Below are positions 21,227-33,609 of a stretch of DNA of 64,000 nt, piece after piece. How positions within the stretch are numbered: position 1 is the first letter of the stretch; every line of letters starts with the position of its first letter. The translations under genes were made by a program, and so were the position numbers. The notes beneath the pieces are model-generated. The model was given only the letters and a program-made list of their open reading frames with translations, did not search any database and had not been told where the DNA came from. This DNA comes from Gammaproteobacteria bacterium (GTDB lineage: Bacteria > Pseudomonadota > Gammaproteobacteria > CAJXQU01). The DNA lies in contig CBDDAG010000003.1 of the NCBI GenBank assembly GCA_965224825.1, positions 11,297-75,296 on the forward strand, in the 5' to 3' direction.

Positions 21227-23919
21227 ACACCGATATTTTTAATTCTGATCTGGTAAATCACGATCTAGAGTTGTTTAATCCAGAGACTTTTTGCCAGTCT
21301 CTAAACACGGCTTCCAGCCCAATTCCTCTTTTCAAGAAAGTTTTAAAGAAAGGTCATGAGATCCTGGAACAACGCTTCAAAATGGATGTCCCTGTTATTG
21401 AGCTGGTACAACAAAGAGCGAATCTGGCTGATCAACTCCTGATCATCGCCTGGAAACACTTTCAACTTGATCAAGAAGATTTTAATCTTGTTGCCGTCGG
21501 CGGTTATGGCCGTGGAGAATTGCATCCCGGTTCGGATATCGACATCGCAATCATTTTTAATAACGAGCCCGACAAAGTCACCAACGAAAAACTCTCATCC
21601 TTTGTCACTTTTCTCTGGGATATTGGCCTTGAGGTCGGACTCAGTGTGCGCACCGTTGCAGAATGTGCAACAGAAGGTGAAAAAGATATTACCGTCGCAA
21701 CTAACATGATGGAGGCGCGTTTATTGGCCGGAAATGTAGACATTTTCGAAGCCATGAAAACAGCAACCGGGCCTGATCAGATCTGGTCAAACAAGGACTT
21801 CTTTGAAGACAAATATAAAGAACAAGTAGCACGACATAAAAAGTTTGGCGACACCGCACATAATCTTGAGCCGAATGTGAAAGAAGGCCCCGGTGGCTTA
21901 CGTGATATCCAGATGATCGGCTGGGTAGTGAAACGCTACTTCGGTGCGGACACTCTGGAAGAACTTGTGCATCATAATTTTTTGACTGATGAAGAGTTTC
22001 ATACGCTGGATGCCGGTCAGAATTTTCTCTGGCGTGTACGTTATATTTTGCATCTTCTGGCTGGACGTAGAGAAGATCGGCTACTGTTTGAATACCAGAA
22101 AGATGTTGCCACTGAATTTGGTTTCACTGATGATGAAAACCAGCTTGCGGTCGAAGGTTTTATGAAGCTCTATTTCCAGACCATCAACGAGCTCAATCTT
22201 CTGAATGAAATGTTGCTGGGTTTCTTCGATGAAGCATTACTGGAAGATGCTGAAAAATCTGTTATTACCGATATTAATAAACGTTTTCAAATCCGTAATA
22301 ATTTTATAAAAATTTCTCACCCTAATGTTTTCAAGTATTACCCATTTGCCCTGTTGGAAATCTTTTTAATCATCCAGCAAAACCCTGAGATTCAGGGAGT
22401 ACGTGCCAAGACTATCCGTGCAATAAGAGATCACCTTTGCCTGATAGATGATAAATTTCGGGACGATATCCGTGCCCGCAGTTTGTTCATGGAAATCATG
22501 CGTCAACCGAAACGATTGGGGCATGAGTTGCAGCGTATGCATCGCTACGGAGTACTTGCAGCCTATTTGCCGGCTTTTGATGCCATTTCGGGACAGATGC
22601 AATTTGATCTATTTCACGTTTATACGGTTGACGAACATACTCTCAGAGTCGTTCGCAACCTTCGCCGTTTTGACGTGCCTGAAGTTGCCGAACAACTTCC
22701 CTTGTGCGCGCAGGTATATAGTGTAATTCCGAAACCCGAGTTATTATTTCTTGCTGGTTTATTTCACGATATCGCCAAAGGCCGTGGCGGTAATCATGCC
22801 GAGTTGGGCGTTGTTGATGCTACCGATTTTTGTATCTCTCATGGTCTTGGTCAATACGATACGAACCTTGTCGCCTGGCTGGTAAAAATCCATCTTGAAA
22901 TGTCTTCAACAGCACAAAGAAAAGATTTGTCCGATCCGGATGTGATCAATAAATTCGCACAAGTTATGGGTGACAAAACACATCTTGATTATCTCTACCT
23001 GTTGACAGTCGCTGACATCCGGGGAACCAACCCGGCATTGTGGAATGGCTGGAAAGATTCTCTACTTAAAGAACTGTATAGCAAAACACTCAATGCCATC
23101 CGCCGAGGCGTTGAAAATCCACTGCAAAAAGATGAACGGATTGCACAGGTAAAAGCACAGGTTTTGACCATGCTTCTTGGCGATGAACTTAGAATGGATA
23201 AACTTCGAAAGGTCTGGAATGAAATAGGAGATGACTACTTCCTCAGACATTCTCCCGATGAAATTGCCTGGGAAACTGAATCGATTATTGATCTGGGTGA
23301 AGACGATCTACCATTGATCAAACTCCGTCAGGAAACCCGTCGCGGCGGCACCGAAATTTTTATTTATTGCCACGATCGGGATAGCCTTTTTGCTGCCATG
23401 GCCTACTCCATGGATCAGATGGGTTTGACCGTTGTTGATGCGCGCATTTTTACCACAAAAGATGACTTTAATCTGGATACCTATATCGTACTGGAAGCGG
23501 CGACAAATAAACCTGTTACCGATGATGATCGTGCCGAACAAATCATCAAGACATTAAAACAATATTTATCTGCACCACAACCTATCTTGAATCAGATCAA
23601 TCGGATGCAGCCTCGTAAGTTACGTAGTTTTAACCACCCAGCCAGCGTATCGTTCAGCGAGGATCATGCTAATCATCGAACCATTCTCGAAGTAACCGCT
23701 GTTGATCAACCTGGCTTGTTAGCTGTGATCGGTATGTCCATGGCTTTCTGTGGTGTGCGTTTACACAACGCGAAAGTGGCAACCTTTGGCGAACGAGTTG
23801 AGGACATTTTTTATCTGACTGATCTGGAAAATAATCCGATCAAAGATCCAGTGAAATTTGAATGTTTGGAAAATACGATTTTGACCGCCCTGAATACAGA
23901 CAACAATTCAGAAAAATAA
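21223..23919 (+). CDS. glnD: [protein-PII] uridylyltransferase/uridylyl-removing enzyme
   Basis: GGYGRGELHPGSDIDI nucleotidyltransferase motif, HD domain (LFHDIAKGRGG), C-terminal ACT-like repeats. TTG start overlapping the map stop; start uncertain. Confidence 0.92.
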   Translation: MNTDIFNSDLVNHDLELFNPETFCQSLNTASSPIPLFKKVLKKGHEILEQRFKMDVPVIELVQQRANLADQLLIIAWKHFQLDQEDFNLVAVGGYGRGELHPGSDIDIAIIFNNEPDKVTNEKLSSFVTFLWDIGLEVGLSVRTVAECATEGEKDITVATNMMEARLLAGNVDIFEAMKTATGPDQIWSNKDFFEDKYKEQVARHKKFGDTAHNLEPNVKEGPGGLRDIQMIGWVVKRYFGADTLEELVHHNFLTDEEFHTLDAGQNFLWRVRYILHLLAGRREDRLLFEYQKDVATEFGFTDDENQLAVEGFMKLYFQTINELNLLNEMLLGFFDEALLEDAEKSVITDINKRFQIRNNFIKISHPNVFKYYPFALLEIFLIIQQNPEIQGVRAKTIRAIRDHLCLIDDKFRDDIRARSLFMEIMRQPKRLGHELQRMHRYGVLAAYLPAFDAISGQMQFDLFHVYTVDEHTLRVVRNLRRFDVPEVAEQLPLCAQVYSVIPKPELLFLAGLFHDIAKGRGGNHAELGVVDATDFCISHGLGQYDTNLVAWLVKIHLEMSSTAQRKDLSDPDVINKFAQVMGDKTHLDYLYLLTVADIRGTNPALWNGWKDSLLKELYSKTLNAIRRGVENPLQKDERIAQVKAQVLTMLLGDELRMDKLRKVWNEIGDDYFLRHSPDEIAWETESIIDLGEDDLPLIKLRQETRRGGTEIFIYCHDRDSLFAAMAYSMDQMGLTVVDARIFTTKDDFNLDTYIVLEAATNKPVTDDDRAEQIIKTLKQYLSAPQPILNQINRMQPRKLRSFNHPASVSFSEDHANHRTILEVTAVDQPGLLAVIGMSMAFCGVRLHNAKVATFGERVEDIFYLTDLENNPIKDPVKFECLENTILTALNTDNNSEK

Positions 23920-23921
23920 AT

Positions 23922-24593
23922 ATGATTCACCCACCAGAAAGTGAAGCAGAATTGCTTGAACGGGCATGGGATATTGCGGGTATAAGCTTGGGAGAACTTG
24001 CCAGCAAACTTGATCTGCAAACACCTGAGAATCTACTACATAATAAAGGCTGGATCGGAGAAACTCTTGAACTCGCTCTGGGCGCTACAGCCGGATCAAA
24101 ACCTGAACCAGATTTCCAATTGATCGGGATAGAATTAAAAACAATTCCCATAAAAAATAATAAGCCAAAAGAGTCTACTCATGTTTGTACCGTTCCAATG
24201 GTCAACACTCATGGAATGAGCTGGGAGAAATCTTTAGTCAAAGAAAAACTCTCCAGAGTTTTATGGATTCCCATTGAATATAATGATCAGATCAAACTCA
24301 CTGATCGTAAAATTGGCTCACCTTTGATCTGGTCTCCAACTTCTGAAGAGGAATCACTGCTTAAAACTGATTGGGAAGAATTTATGGAGTTGATCAGCTT
24401 AGGCGAACTTGATCAAATAACTGCACATTTAGGCGAAGCTTTACAGATCAGACCCAAAGCCGCAAACAGTCGTGCATTGACCGAAAGCATTGGCAAAGAA
24501 GGCGAACGGATCAAAGCCTTACCGCGAGGTTTTTATTTGCGCACATCATTCACCGCTTCCCTGCTAAAAAAACACTATCACTTACACGCATGA
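23922..24593 (+). CDS. mutH: DNA mismatch repair endonuclease MutH
   Basis: Collinear with E. coli MutH from memory: ..ENLxxxKGWIGxxLExxLGAxAGSKPExDF..GIELKTIP..RVLWIP..GSPLxWSP..LQIRPKAANSxALTE..LPRGFYL. The ATG at 23922 lies 2 nt after the glnD stop. Confidence 0.9.
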   Translation: MIHPPESEAELLERAWDIAGISLGELASKLDLQTPENLLHNKGWIGETLELALGATAGSKPEPDFQLIGIELKTIPIKNNKPKESTHVCTVPMVNTHGMSWEKSLVKEKLSRVLWIPIEYNDQIKLTDRKIGSPLIWSPTSEEESLLKTDWEEFMELISLGELDQITAHLGEALQIRPKAANSRALTESIGKEGERIKALPRGFYLRTSFTASLLKKHYHLHA

Positions 24594-25567
24594 ATGACAT
24601 TGTAAACAAACATATAATTTCAATTGCTCCGATGATGGATTGGTCTGATCGGCACTATCGTTTCTTCATGCGATTGATCACAAAACGTGCTTTGCTCTAT
24701 ACAGAAATGATCACAACTGGCGCGATAATTCACGGTGATCGTGATCGGTTTTTACGCTATAACGCTGAGGAACATCCAATAGCAATTCAACTGGGCGGCA
24801 GCGATCCTGAACAACTGGAAAAGTGTGCCACGATCGTTACCGATTATGGCTATGATGAAATTAATCTGAATGTTGGCTGTCCAAGTGACAGAGTACAGTC
24901 CGGTCGTTTTGGAGCCTGCTTAATGGCCGAACCAGATCTGGTTGCTGAATGTGTTGCTTCGATGAAGAACAAAACTGATCTTCCTATCACTGTAAAAACA
25001 CGGCTTGGAATTGATGATCGGGATTCCTATGAAGAACTCTATGAATTTGTAAAAAAAGTGTCTGAATCTGGCTGTGAAACATTTATATTACATGCCAGAA
25101 AAGCCTGGCTAAATGGATTAAGTCCAAAAGAAAACAGGAACATTCCACCACTACAATACGATGTTGTTTACCAGATCAAAAAAGACTTTCCTGATCTGGA
25201 AATCATCATCAATGGCGGTGTAAAAACGATGCGAGAAATCGATACTCATTTACAACAGATCGACGGCGCGATGATCGGCAGAGAGGCTTATCACAATCCT
25301 TATATTCTGGCGGAAGTTGATCAGCTTTTTTATAAAGAAAACACCACACCACTTTCACGATCGGAAGTTATTGATCAATTTATAGAATATGCCGATCAAC
25401 AAATTGAACACGGGGTTCATATCAAACACATGACGCGACATATTCTTGGCTTATTTCAAGGCCAGCCTGGTGCAAAAAAATGGCGTCGATATATCAGCGA
25501 AAATGCTTATAAAAAAGGAGCAAACTCTGACGTCATTACAAAGGCTCTGGCTGAGGTAATACAATGA
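24590..25567 (+). CDS. dusA: tRNA-dihydrouridine(20/20a) synthase
   Basis: IAPMMDWSDRHYRFFMRLI..NLNVGCPSDRVQ..LHARKAWL is typical DusA. ATGA overlap with mutH. Confidence 0.9.
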   Translation: MNDIVNKHIISIAPMMDWSDRHYRFFMRLITKRALLYTEMITTGAIIHGDRDRFLRYNAEEHPIAIQLGGSDPEQLEKCATIVTDYGYDEINLNVGCPSDRVQSGRFGACLMAEPDLVAECVASMKNKTDLPITVKTRLGIDDRDSYEELYEFVKKVSESGCETFILHARKAWLNGLSPKENRNIPPLQYDVVYQIKKDFPDLEIIINGGVKTMREIDTHLQQIDGAMIGREAYHNPYILAEVDQLFYKENTTPLSRSEVIDQFIEYADQQIEHGVHIKHMTRHILGLFQGQPGAKKWRRYISENAYKKGANSDVITKALAEVIQ

Positions 25568-26538
25568 GAATTTTTATATTACTACTACTGATCGGATCTT
25601 TCGTTCCGATGCATGCAGCCACGATTGGTAAACCTTTCGAAATGTCGAAAAAATACAAAACTGGCGATGAGTTCATGGGAGTTCGTCTGCTCGGCACACT
25701 GGATATTTCCGGCCTTCCTATAAAAGGACTAGCTGCGCATGAACTTTCTGGTTTGGCATGGGATGAAGATGATCAGATCTTGTATGCCGTATCTGACAAA
25801 GGCTATTTAATGCACCTCCGCCCCATTTTCAACAACGCGACGCTTATCAATGTCGAATTACTCGATGCTTATCGACTAAAAAATACAAAGGGAGGACGAA
25901 TCACCTATCCGGATGCAGAAGGGCTGGATATTATCAATGGGGATAATGGAAAAAAAGGTGATGCCGAACTGCTTATTTCATTTGAAATAAGACCACGGAT
26001 CACACGCTTCACTACTAAAGGTGAAATGCTGGAGAAATATAAGCTGCCGAAAACACTCAACAAGATCAAAGACTACGATTACAAAAATGCTGCGCTTGAG
26101 TCGTTAATTATTCACCCAACACTTGGCATTCTAACGGCACCACAAATGCCTCTTAGAAAAGCACAACATGATCTAAGATCTATTCATGATCTAAATGGAA
26201 AATCATGGCAGTTCAAGCCCGAAGATAAAGACTACAGCTCCATTACAGATCTGGAAATCGCACCCGACGGATCAATGCTTATCCTGGAGCGAAGATATTC
26301 AAATATACTCGCGCCGATCCAGTCGATCATTCGTAGAGTAAAACTGGATAAAAATACAAAAAATAATGAAGTGGTCCCGACTGAAATAGTTGCACTTTTT
26401 GAGTCAACCAAAGGCTGGAACATAGATAATTTTGAAGGACTAGCTCACCACAAAGGTAATAAATACTTTATGGTTAGTGATGATAATAACAATATTTTTC
26501 AGCGGACATTGTTAGTTTATTTTGAACTTCTTGACTGA
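25564..26538 (+). CDS. secreted protein resembling the 'esterase-like activity of phytase' family
   Basis: Signal peptide. ELSGLAWDEDDQILYAVSDKGYL and NFEGLAHHKGNKYFMVSDDNNN resemble that family's conserved blocks. Recognised from memory only. Confidence 0.45.
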   Translation: MRIFILLLLIGSFVPMHAATIGKPFEMSKKYKTGDEFMGVRLLGTLDISGLPIKGLAAHELSGLAWDEDDQILYAVSDKGYLMHLRPIFNNATLINVELLDAYRLKNTKGGRITYPDAEGLDIINGDNGKKGDAELLISFEIRPRITRFTTKGEMLEKYKLPKTLNKIKDYDYKNAALESLIIHPTLGILTAPQMPLRKAQHDLRSIHDLNGKSWQFKPEDKDYSSITDLEIAPDGSMLILERRYSNILAPIQSIIRRVKLDKNTKNNEVVPTEIVALFESTKGWNIDNFEGLAHHKGNKYFMVSDDNNNIFQRTLLVYFELLD

Positions 26539-26541
26539 CGT

Positions 26542-27066
26542 CTACATTTCTTTCAAACGTGGAATTAACTCAGCCAGATTACAAGGTCGTGTTCGATAAT
26601 CCAGTTGATGCTGAATGATCTTATCCCATGCGGTAGCACAGGCGTTTGATGATCCAGGTAATGTAAATACATAGGTTCCGTTTGCTACTCCTGCGAGTGT
26701 GCGGGATTGTAGTGATGAAGTGCCAATATCTTCTACTGAAATATTCCTGAACAATTCACCAAAACCATCCAGCTGTTTGTCGAAAAGTACACTGACGGCT
26801 TCGGGCGTTCCATCTCTTCCTGTTACGCCTGTTCCACCTGTTGTGATCACTACGTTGACTTCTTCGTCAGCGATCCAACGAGCTACTACTGCTCGGATCT
26901 TGTAGATGTCATCGGGAACGATGATCTTTTCATGACAATGATGTCCGGCTTCTTCCAGTCGTTTGACCAGTAGCTTGCCGGATTTGTCTTCGTCTTCACC
27001 GCGTGTGTCACTGGCAGTTAGAACGCAGATATTTAGTGGGATTAGTTCTCGTTTTTGTGTTGTCAT
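26542..27066 (-). CDS. moaB: molybdenum cofactor biosynthesis protein B (MoaB/MogA family)
   Basis: 174 aa. ..VLTASDTRG...ITTGGTGVTGRDGTPEA motif. Starts 2 nt after the thiC stop. Confidence 0.85.
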   Translation of the reverse strand: MTTQKRELIPLNICVLTASDTRGEDEDKSGKLLVKRLEEAGHHCHEKIIVPDDIYKIRAVVARWIADEEVNVVITTGGTGVTGRDGTPEAVSVLFDKQLDGFGELFRNISVEDIGTSSLQSRTLAGVANGTYVFTLPGSSNACATAWDKIIQHQLDYRTRPCNLAELIPRLKEM

Positions 27067-27068
27067 AA

Positions 27069-28931
<1,863 letters not shown>

Positions 28932-28959
28932 TCATTATTAATGACGATTTAATGCCGCT

Positions 28960-29045
28960 AGAGTAGCTTCCCTACGCCAGAATTAACCGGATCAGGTTCA
29001 AAGGGTGATTTCTCAGCTTGAAAATAGTCAAGCACCCCTAGCTGC
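28960..29045 (-). promoter_or_regulatory. TPP (THI-box) riboswitch in the thiC leader
   Basis: Minus strand reads ctaGGGGTGCttgactattttcaaGCTGAGAaatcACCCTTTGAACCTGATCCGGTTAATTCTGGCGTAGGGAAgc. This matches the conserved GGGGTGC..CTGAGA..ACCCTTTGAACCTGATC.GG.TAAT.C..GCGTAGGGA core. Confidence 0.88.
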
Positions 29046-29104
29046 ATGTGACTTGGTGGCGTTATAATAACATGCTACGAACAATTAATAGTCTCGGAAT
29101 AACT

Positions 29105-29758
29105 ATGGATATCGAACAAGCTCGCTTTAATATGATCGAACAGCAGATCCGTCCGTGGGAGGTCTTTGATCAGACCGTTCTTGATCTCATGTCGAAAACA
29201 CCACGAGAAAAGTTTGTTCCAGAGGAATTTCAACATCTTGCATTTTCGGATACGAATATTCCTGTTGGGCATGATCAGGTCATGATGTCGCCAAAACTTG
29301 AAGCCCGAATGCTTCAAGCCTTAAATATCGAGCCGCACGAACGAGTTTTGGAAATCGGTACGGGTAGTGGTTATGTCACGGCTTTGCTGGCACAACTTGG
29401 AGGCCATGTTACTACGGAGGAGAGCCATGCTGATCTGTCTGCCCAGGCTGCTGAACGTCTTCAAGCCATGAATCTCAATAATGTTGATTTCGTCGTCACC
29501 GACTCACTCAAAAACCGCAAGTTTTTTAACCGCTACGATGTGATCGTGGTAACAGGTTCTTTGCCAGTATTTGATTCAATTTTTCAGGAGCAATTAGAAA
29601 TTGGTGGAGGCTTGTTTATTATCGTGGGTGAATCGCCAGTTACGGAGGCTCTATTGATCACGCGGGTTTCTGAGAATGAATGGACGCAACTTTCTCTGTT
29701 TGAAACTGATTTGCCTGCACTGATCGGTGCTCCAACGATTAACAAATTCACTCTATAA
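29105..29758 (+). CDS. protein-L-isoaspartate O-methyltransferase family protein
   Basis: VLEIGTGSGYVTALLAQLG SAM-binding motif, collinear with Pcm. Start taken at MDIEQARFN (29105). Confidence 0.75.
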   Translation: MDIEQARFNMIEQQIRPWEVFDQTVLDLMSKTPREKFVPEEFQHLAFSDTNIPVGHDQVMMSPKLEARMLQALNIEPHERVLEIGTGSGYVTALLAQLGGHVTTEESHADLSAQAAERLQAMNLNNVDFVVTDSLKNRKFFNRYDVIVVTGSLPVFDSIFQEQLEIGGGLFIIVGESPVTEALLITRVSENEWTQLSLFETDLPALIGAPTINKFTL

Positions 29759-29764
29759 ATAATC

Positions 29765-30085
29765 ATGCAAAATATATCACCCAAACAACTCAAGGATCTG
29801 ATTAGCGATCCGGAAGCAGAAATTATTATTGTCGATGTGCGCGAAGAATGGGAGCTTGAGCGTTGCAAGATCGATAACTCTCTACATATCCCCATGACCA
29901 CGATTCCAAACGAACTACATCAACTGGAATTTAATCTGCCGATCATTGTCTACTGCCATCATGGAATGCGCAGTATGCAGGTGGCGAATTTTCTCGTTGG
30001 CCGTGGCTTCATTCATGTGCTGAATCTGGAAGGTGGGATCAATGCCTGGGCGCAAGAAATTGAGCCTGAAATGGAGATTTATTAA
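29765..30085 (+). CDS. rhodanese-like domain protein
   Basis: 106 aa. Active-site loop CHHGMRS. Confidence 0.85.
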   Translation: MQNISPKQLKDLISDPEAEIIIVDVREEWELERCKIDNSLHIPMTTIPNELHQLEFNLPIIVYCHHGMRSMQVANFLVGRGFIHVLNLEGGINAWAQEIEPEMEIY

Positions 30086-30087
30086 AT

Positions 30088-31398
30088 TTGAACACCGTCA
30101 GATTTTTCCTATTTGGAATCATCATTGTTTTTCATTCATCTATACTTGCTGAGAACCTGATCGACGTTTATCAACTAGCAATAAAAAATGATCCAGAATA
30201 CCGAGCGCAACAGTTCTCACTGGAAGCCGAGCTTGAAACTCGTGTACAGGCACATGCACAACTCTACAAACCGATCGTTTCTATCACTGCCAATGCTGAT
30301 CGGAATTACCAGGACATCACTTCTGCTTTTGGCGGCGGTGACACGCAATATACCGGCAAAGGTTATAGCCTGAACCTGGCGCAACCGATCTATCACAAGG
30401 ATCGTTTTGTCCGACTGGAACAGGTCGATGATCAGATCACGAAAGCACAGCTGGATCTTGATGCTGCCGAACAGGATTTAATGTTGCGAACCGCAGAACG
30501 ATATTTCGCCGTATTATCCGCACAAGACAATCTCGCTTTCACGCAGGCAGAAAAATCAGCGTTGGAAAGGCAGCTTGAAGAATCCAATGTACGTTTTGAA
30601 GTAGGTCTGATCGCGATCACAGATATTCAGGAGGCGCAGGCTGGTTTTGATCTGGCCTCTGCACGCGAGATACAAGCATTAAATACCATGGAAGATGCGC
30701 AGGAATCCTTACGTGAAATTACCGGACAATATCCGCAATCACTGGCGGAGCTAGTTGATGACATGCCGAATGCCAGACCTGATCCGGATGATATTGATGC
30801 GTGGACGCAATCGTCACTGGAAAATAATCTGCAACTTAAAGCTCGCTTGATCGAAACCAGCATTGTTGAAAAAGAAATCAGTCGACAGGAAGCCAGCCAT
30901 TATCCAACACTGGATGTTGTAGGAAATCATGGTTATCGCTCCACTGGTGGACAGTTTGGAGATACCGAAGTGGATTTCTCTCAAATTGGTGTGCAACTGA
31001 ATGTACCGATCTACGAAGGAGGACAAGTGACATCCCGAACACGTGAAGCCCTCCATCGACATAAAGAAGCACTGGAAAGACTGGAACAGGTTCGCCGATC
31101 AGTAGATCGAAGAAGTCGAGAAGCCTATCGCGGCGTATTGTCCGGCATCAGCCAGATTGCCGCTTTCAAACAAGCCATGCTCTCATCGGAAACCGCCGTA
31201 ACCGCGACCAGAACAGGTTATGAAGTGGGAACTCGCACCGCTGTCGATGTCGTCACCGCAGAAAAGGAATTTTTCCGTGCCCAAAGGGACTATTCACAAG
31301 CCAGATATGAGTATATTCTCGATACTTTGCGTCTCAAGCAAGCCTCTGGCAAACTGGCTCCTGCGGATATCCAGCAAATAAATTCTTTATTGAAATAA
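30088..31398 (+). CDS. tolC: TolC family outer membrane channel
   Basis: Signal peptide then LIDVYQLAIKNDPEYRAQ; two-repeat helical/beta architecture; 436 aa. TTG start as in the track. Confidence 0.85.
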   Translation: MNTVRFFLFGIIIVFHSSILAENLIDVYQLAIKNDPEYRAQQFSLEAELETRVQAHAQLYKPIVSITANADRNYQDITSAFGGGDTQYTGKGYSLNLAQPIYHKDRFVRLEQVDDQITKAQLDLDAAEQDLMLRTAERYFAVLSAQDNLAFTQAEKSALERQLEESNVRFEVGLIAITDIQEAQAGFDLASAREIQALNTMEDAQESLREITGQYPQSLAELVDDMPNARPDPDDIDAWTQSSLENNLQLKARLIETSIVEKEISRQEASHYPTLDVVGNHGYRSTGGQFGDTEVDFSQIGVQLNVPIYEGGQVTSRTREALHRHKEALERLEQVRRSVDRRSREAYRGVLSGISQIAAFKQAMLSSETAVTATRTGYEVGTRTAVDVVTAEKEFFRAQRDYSQARYEYILDTLRLKQASGKLAPADIQQINSLLK

Positions 31399-31427
31399 AT
31401 ATACCTTAGGGAAGTTAGAAGAAAATA

Positions 31428-31997
31428 ATGAAAACTCCAGGTACACGACTATGCGACGTTAATAACAGCACGCTTGTCATCATCGATGTTCAGACAAGGC
31501 TCGGTGATGCTATGCCGAATAAAGTTCTGAGTCGCGTTGTTGAAAATACCGTTTTCCTGCTTCAATCTGCTGGTTTAATGGGCGTTCCGGTTATTGCCAC
31601 CGAGCAGTATCCAAAAGGCCTGGGGGAATATGTTGATGGCATTCGTGATCATTTGCCTGAATCCACCCACCACATTCAAAAAACCTGCTTCTCCTGCTGT
31701 GGCTCAGATGAGTTTATCGACATTCTGGAAAAATCTGGACGCAAACAAGTGATCTTGACCGGTATGGAAGCACACGTTTGTGTACTTCAATCTGCTGTGG
31801 AATTGAAAGAAAGAGGGTTTGAGGTTTTTGCTATCGGTGATTCAATTTGTTCTCGACGATTGGACAACTATCAGAATGCACTGGATCGACTCGAACATAT
31901 CGGCGTCAATCTCTCAAACACAGAGTCGGTAGTTTTTGAATGGCTACGCGATGCGAAAAATGAACACTTTAAAGAGATTGCAGGCTGGTTACGTTAG
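31428..31997 (+). CDS. isochorismatase-family hydrolase
   Basis: LVIIDVQ (Asp) and ILTGMEAHVCVLQS (Cys) catalytic motifs. Confidence 0.8.
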   Translation: MKTPGTRLCDVNNSTLVIIDVQTRLGDAMPNKVLSRVVENTVFLLQSAGLMGVPVIATEQYPKGLGEYVDGIRDHLPESTHHIQKTCFSCCGSDEFIDILEKSGRKQVILTGMEAHVCVLQSAVELKERGFEVFAIGDSICSRRLDNYQNALDRLEHIGVNLSNTESVVFEWLRDAKNEHFKEIAGWLR

Positions 31998-32080
31998 ATC
32001 AAAATCTTTCATCCAAATTCAATTTTTTTCATGGGATGCCGCTGTTAGTTTGAATATTCTCTAATGGCTTCTTTCCAGAA

Positions 32081-33601
32081 ATGAACACTCTTAAAAAACT
32101 ATTTCTTCTTGCCTGCCTGATCATTCCCATTACGATTTATTCTGGGATTAACGAAACACCAAATTTTCCCGAAGATGAACAGATCATTGAAAATACTCGC
32201 AAATCAATGCTGGATATCCTGACCTATGTGAAAGCCAATCCAGAGATATTTCCACCACAAAAACAAAAAGAAAAACGCCTGACCAGTCGTGAACAAAGAA
32301 AGGTCATATGGCAAACCTGGCAAGCGTTTCTGGATCGTATTTTAGTCCTTGATGACATCGGCCAACGATACGATATGCTCTATCGTGAATTAGATGAAAA
32401 AGAAGAAAAGCAACAAGCTTTTCGAATTGGCTACGCGGCCTTTCTTATCCAATACCGTTACGCCATTGAGTTCATCACCATGATGGAAAATGATCCGTCA
32501 ATGCACACGATGTTGAATGAAGCGGTTCCTGAACTTGGCTTAAAAACGGGAACATACAAAGATCTGAAATTCCGTTTTTTAAACGTTCTCCGTGGCGCTG
32601 AATTTGCTCGTCTGGAAACGCTTTATAAACTTTATGGTGATGATGAAAACTTATCTTTAACGCAAAGTATTGATAAAGACCGCAAAGCACTCTGGAAACA
32701 GGGCCGTGGAAATGGAACAAAACAAACCGTAAAGAACGCAGTAAAAATCATTAAAGACACCGGTTTTACCGCCTGGTTTCCAGTACAAAAAGAAGTCTCA
32801 GAATGGATGGGTGATTTTAAAGTTCATAGACTAAAATCTTCATTGATCAATGAAGATCAGATCGCAGAAATTCAAGAACTACTACAGCCAGGAGATATTA
32901 TTCTTGAGCGGCGTGAATGGTATCTTTCCAATATAGGCCTTCCAGGTTACTGGCCACATTCGGCACTTTATATTGGCACGCCAGAGGAGCGTGAAATGTT
33001 CTTTTCCGATGAGAATTTAGCCGGTTCTTTTGATGAGGATGATTTGAATCTTTACTTAGAAAAACGCTATCCAGAAGCCTATAAACTGAGCTTGATCGAA
33101 CAAGAACATCATCACGTTCCAAAAGTGATCGAAGCGATCAGTGAAGGTGTTTCTTTCACCACATTAGAACATTCTGTTTCTGCTGATTCCATTGCCATTT
33201 TACGGCCTCGTTTAAGCAAGCTGGACAAAGCGATCGCGATCTCTCGTGCTTTTCATTTTAGTGGCCGTCCTTATGATTTTAACTTTGATTTTGTGACCGA
33301 TTCTGAGCTGGTATGTTCTGAGCTGATCTACAAAGCTTATGAATCTAACCAGACTTACACTGGGCTCACTTTTCCACTACAAGAAATTCTCGGTCGGAAG
33401 GTAACAACCGCAAATGACATGGCACAAATGTTTGATGAGGAATATAACAAAGCTGATCAACAGCTAGAATTTATAGCCTTCTATGATGGTCATGAACGAC
33501 AAAGAAAAGCGATCAGTTCGGATGTGAAAACTTTCAGGAAAAGCTGGAAGCGATCCAAATGGTTTATCTGGATTCAGGATACGCCGTTGGCAAACCATTA
33601 A
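32081..33601 (+). CDS. exported or membrane protein with a C-terminal YiiX/YaeF-like permuted papain (C92) domain
   Basis: N-terminal hydrophobic segment and a helical N-domain of about 280 aa. Then GDIILERRE..YWPHSALYIG...VIEAISEGV...YDFNFDFVTDSELVCSELIYKAY, which fits the permuted NlpC/P60-like His...Cys order. Confidence 0.5.
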   Translation: MNTLKKLFLLACLIIPITIYSGINETPNFPEDEQIIENTRKSMLDILTYVKANPEIFPPQKQKEKRLTSREQRKVIWQTWQAFLDRILVLDDIGQRYDMLYRELDEKEEKQQAFRIGYAAFLIQYRYAIEFITMMENDPSMHTMLNEAVPELGLKTGTYKDLKFRFLNVLRGAEFARLETLYKLYGDDENLSLTQSIDKDRKALWKQGRGNGTKQTVKNAVKIIKDTGFTAWFPVQKEVSEWMGDFKVHRLKSSLINEDQIAEIQELLQPGDIILERREWYLSNIGLPGYWPHSALYIGTPEEREMFFSDENLAGSFDEDDLNLYLEKRYPEAYKLSLIEQEHHHVPKVIEAISEGVSFTTLEHSVSADSIAILRPRLSKLDKAIAISRAFHFSGRPYDFNFDFVTDSELVCSELIYKAYESNQTYTGLTFPLQEILGRKVTTANDMAQMFDEEYNKADQQLEFIAFYDGHERQRKAISSDVKTFRKSWKRSKWFIWIQDTPLANH

Positions 33602-33609
33602 CAGTTTCT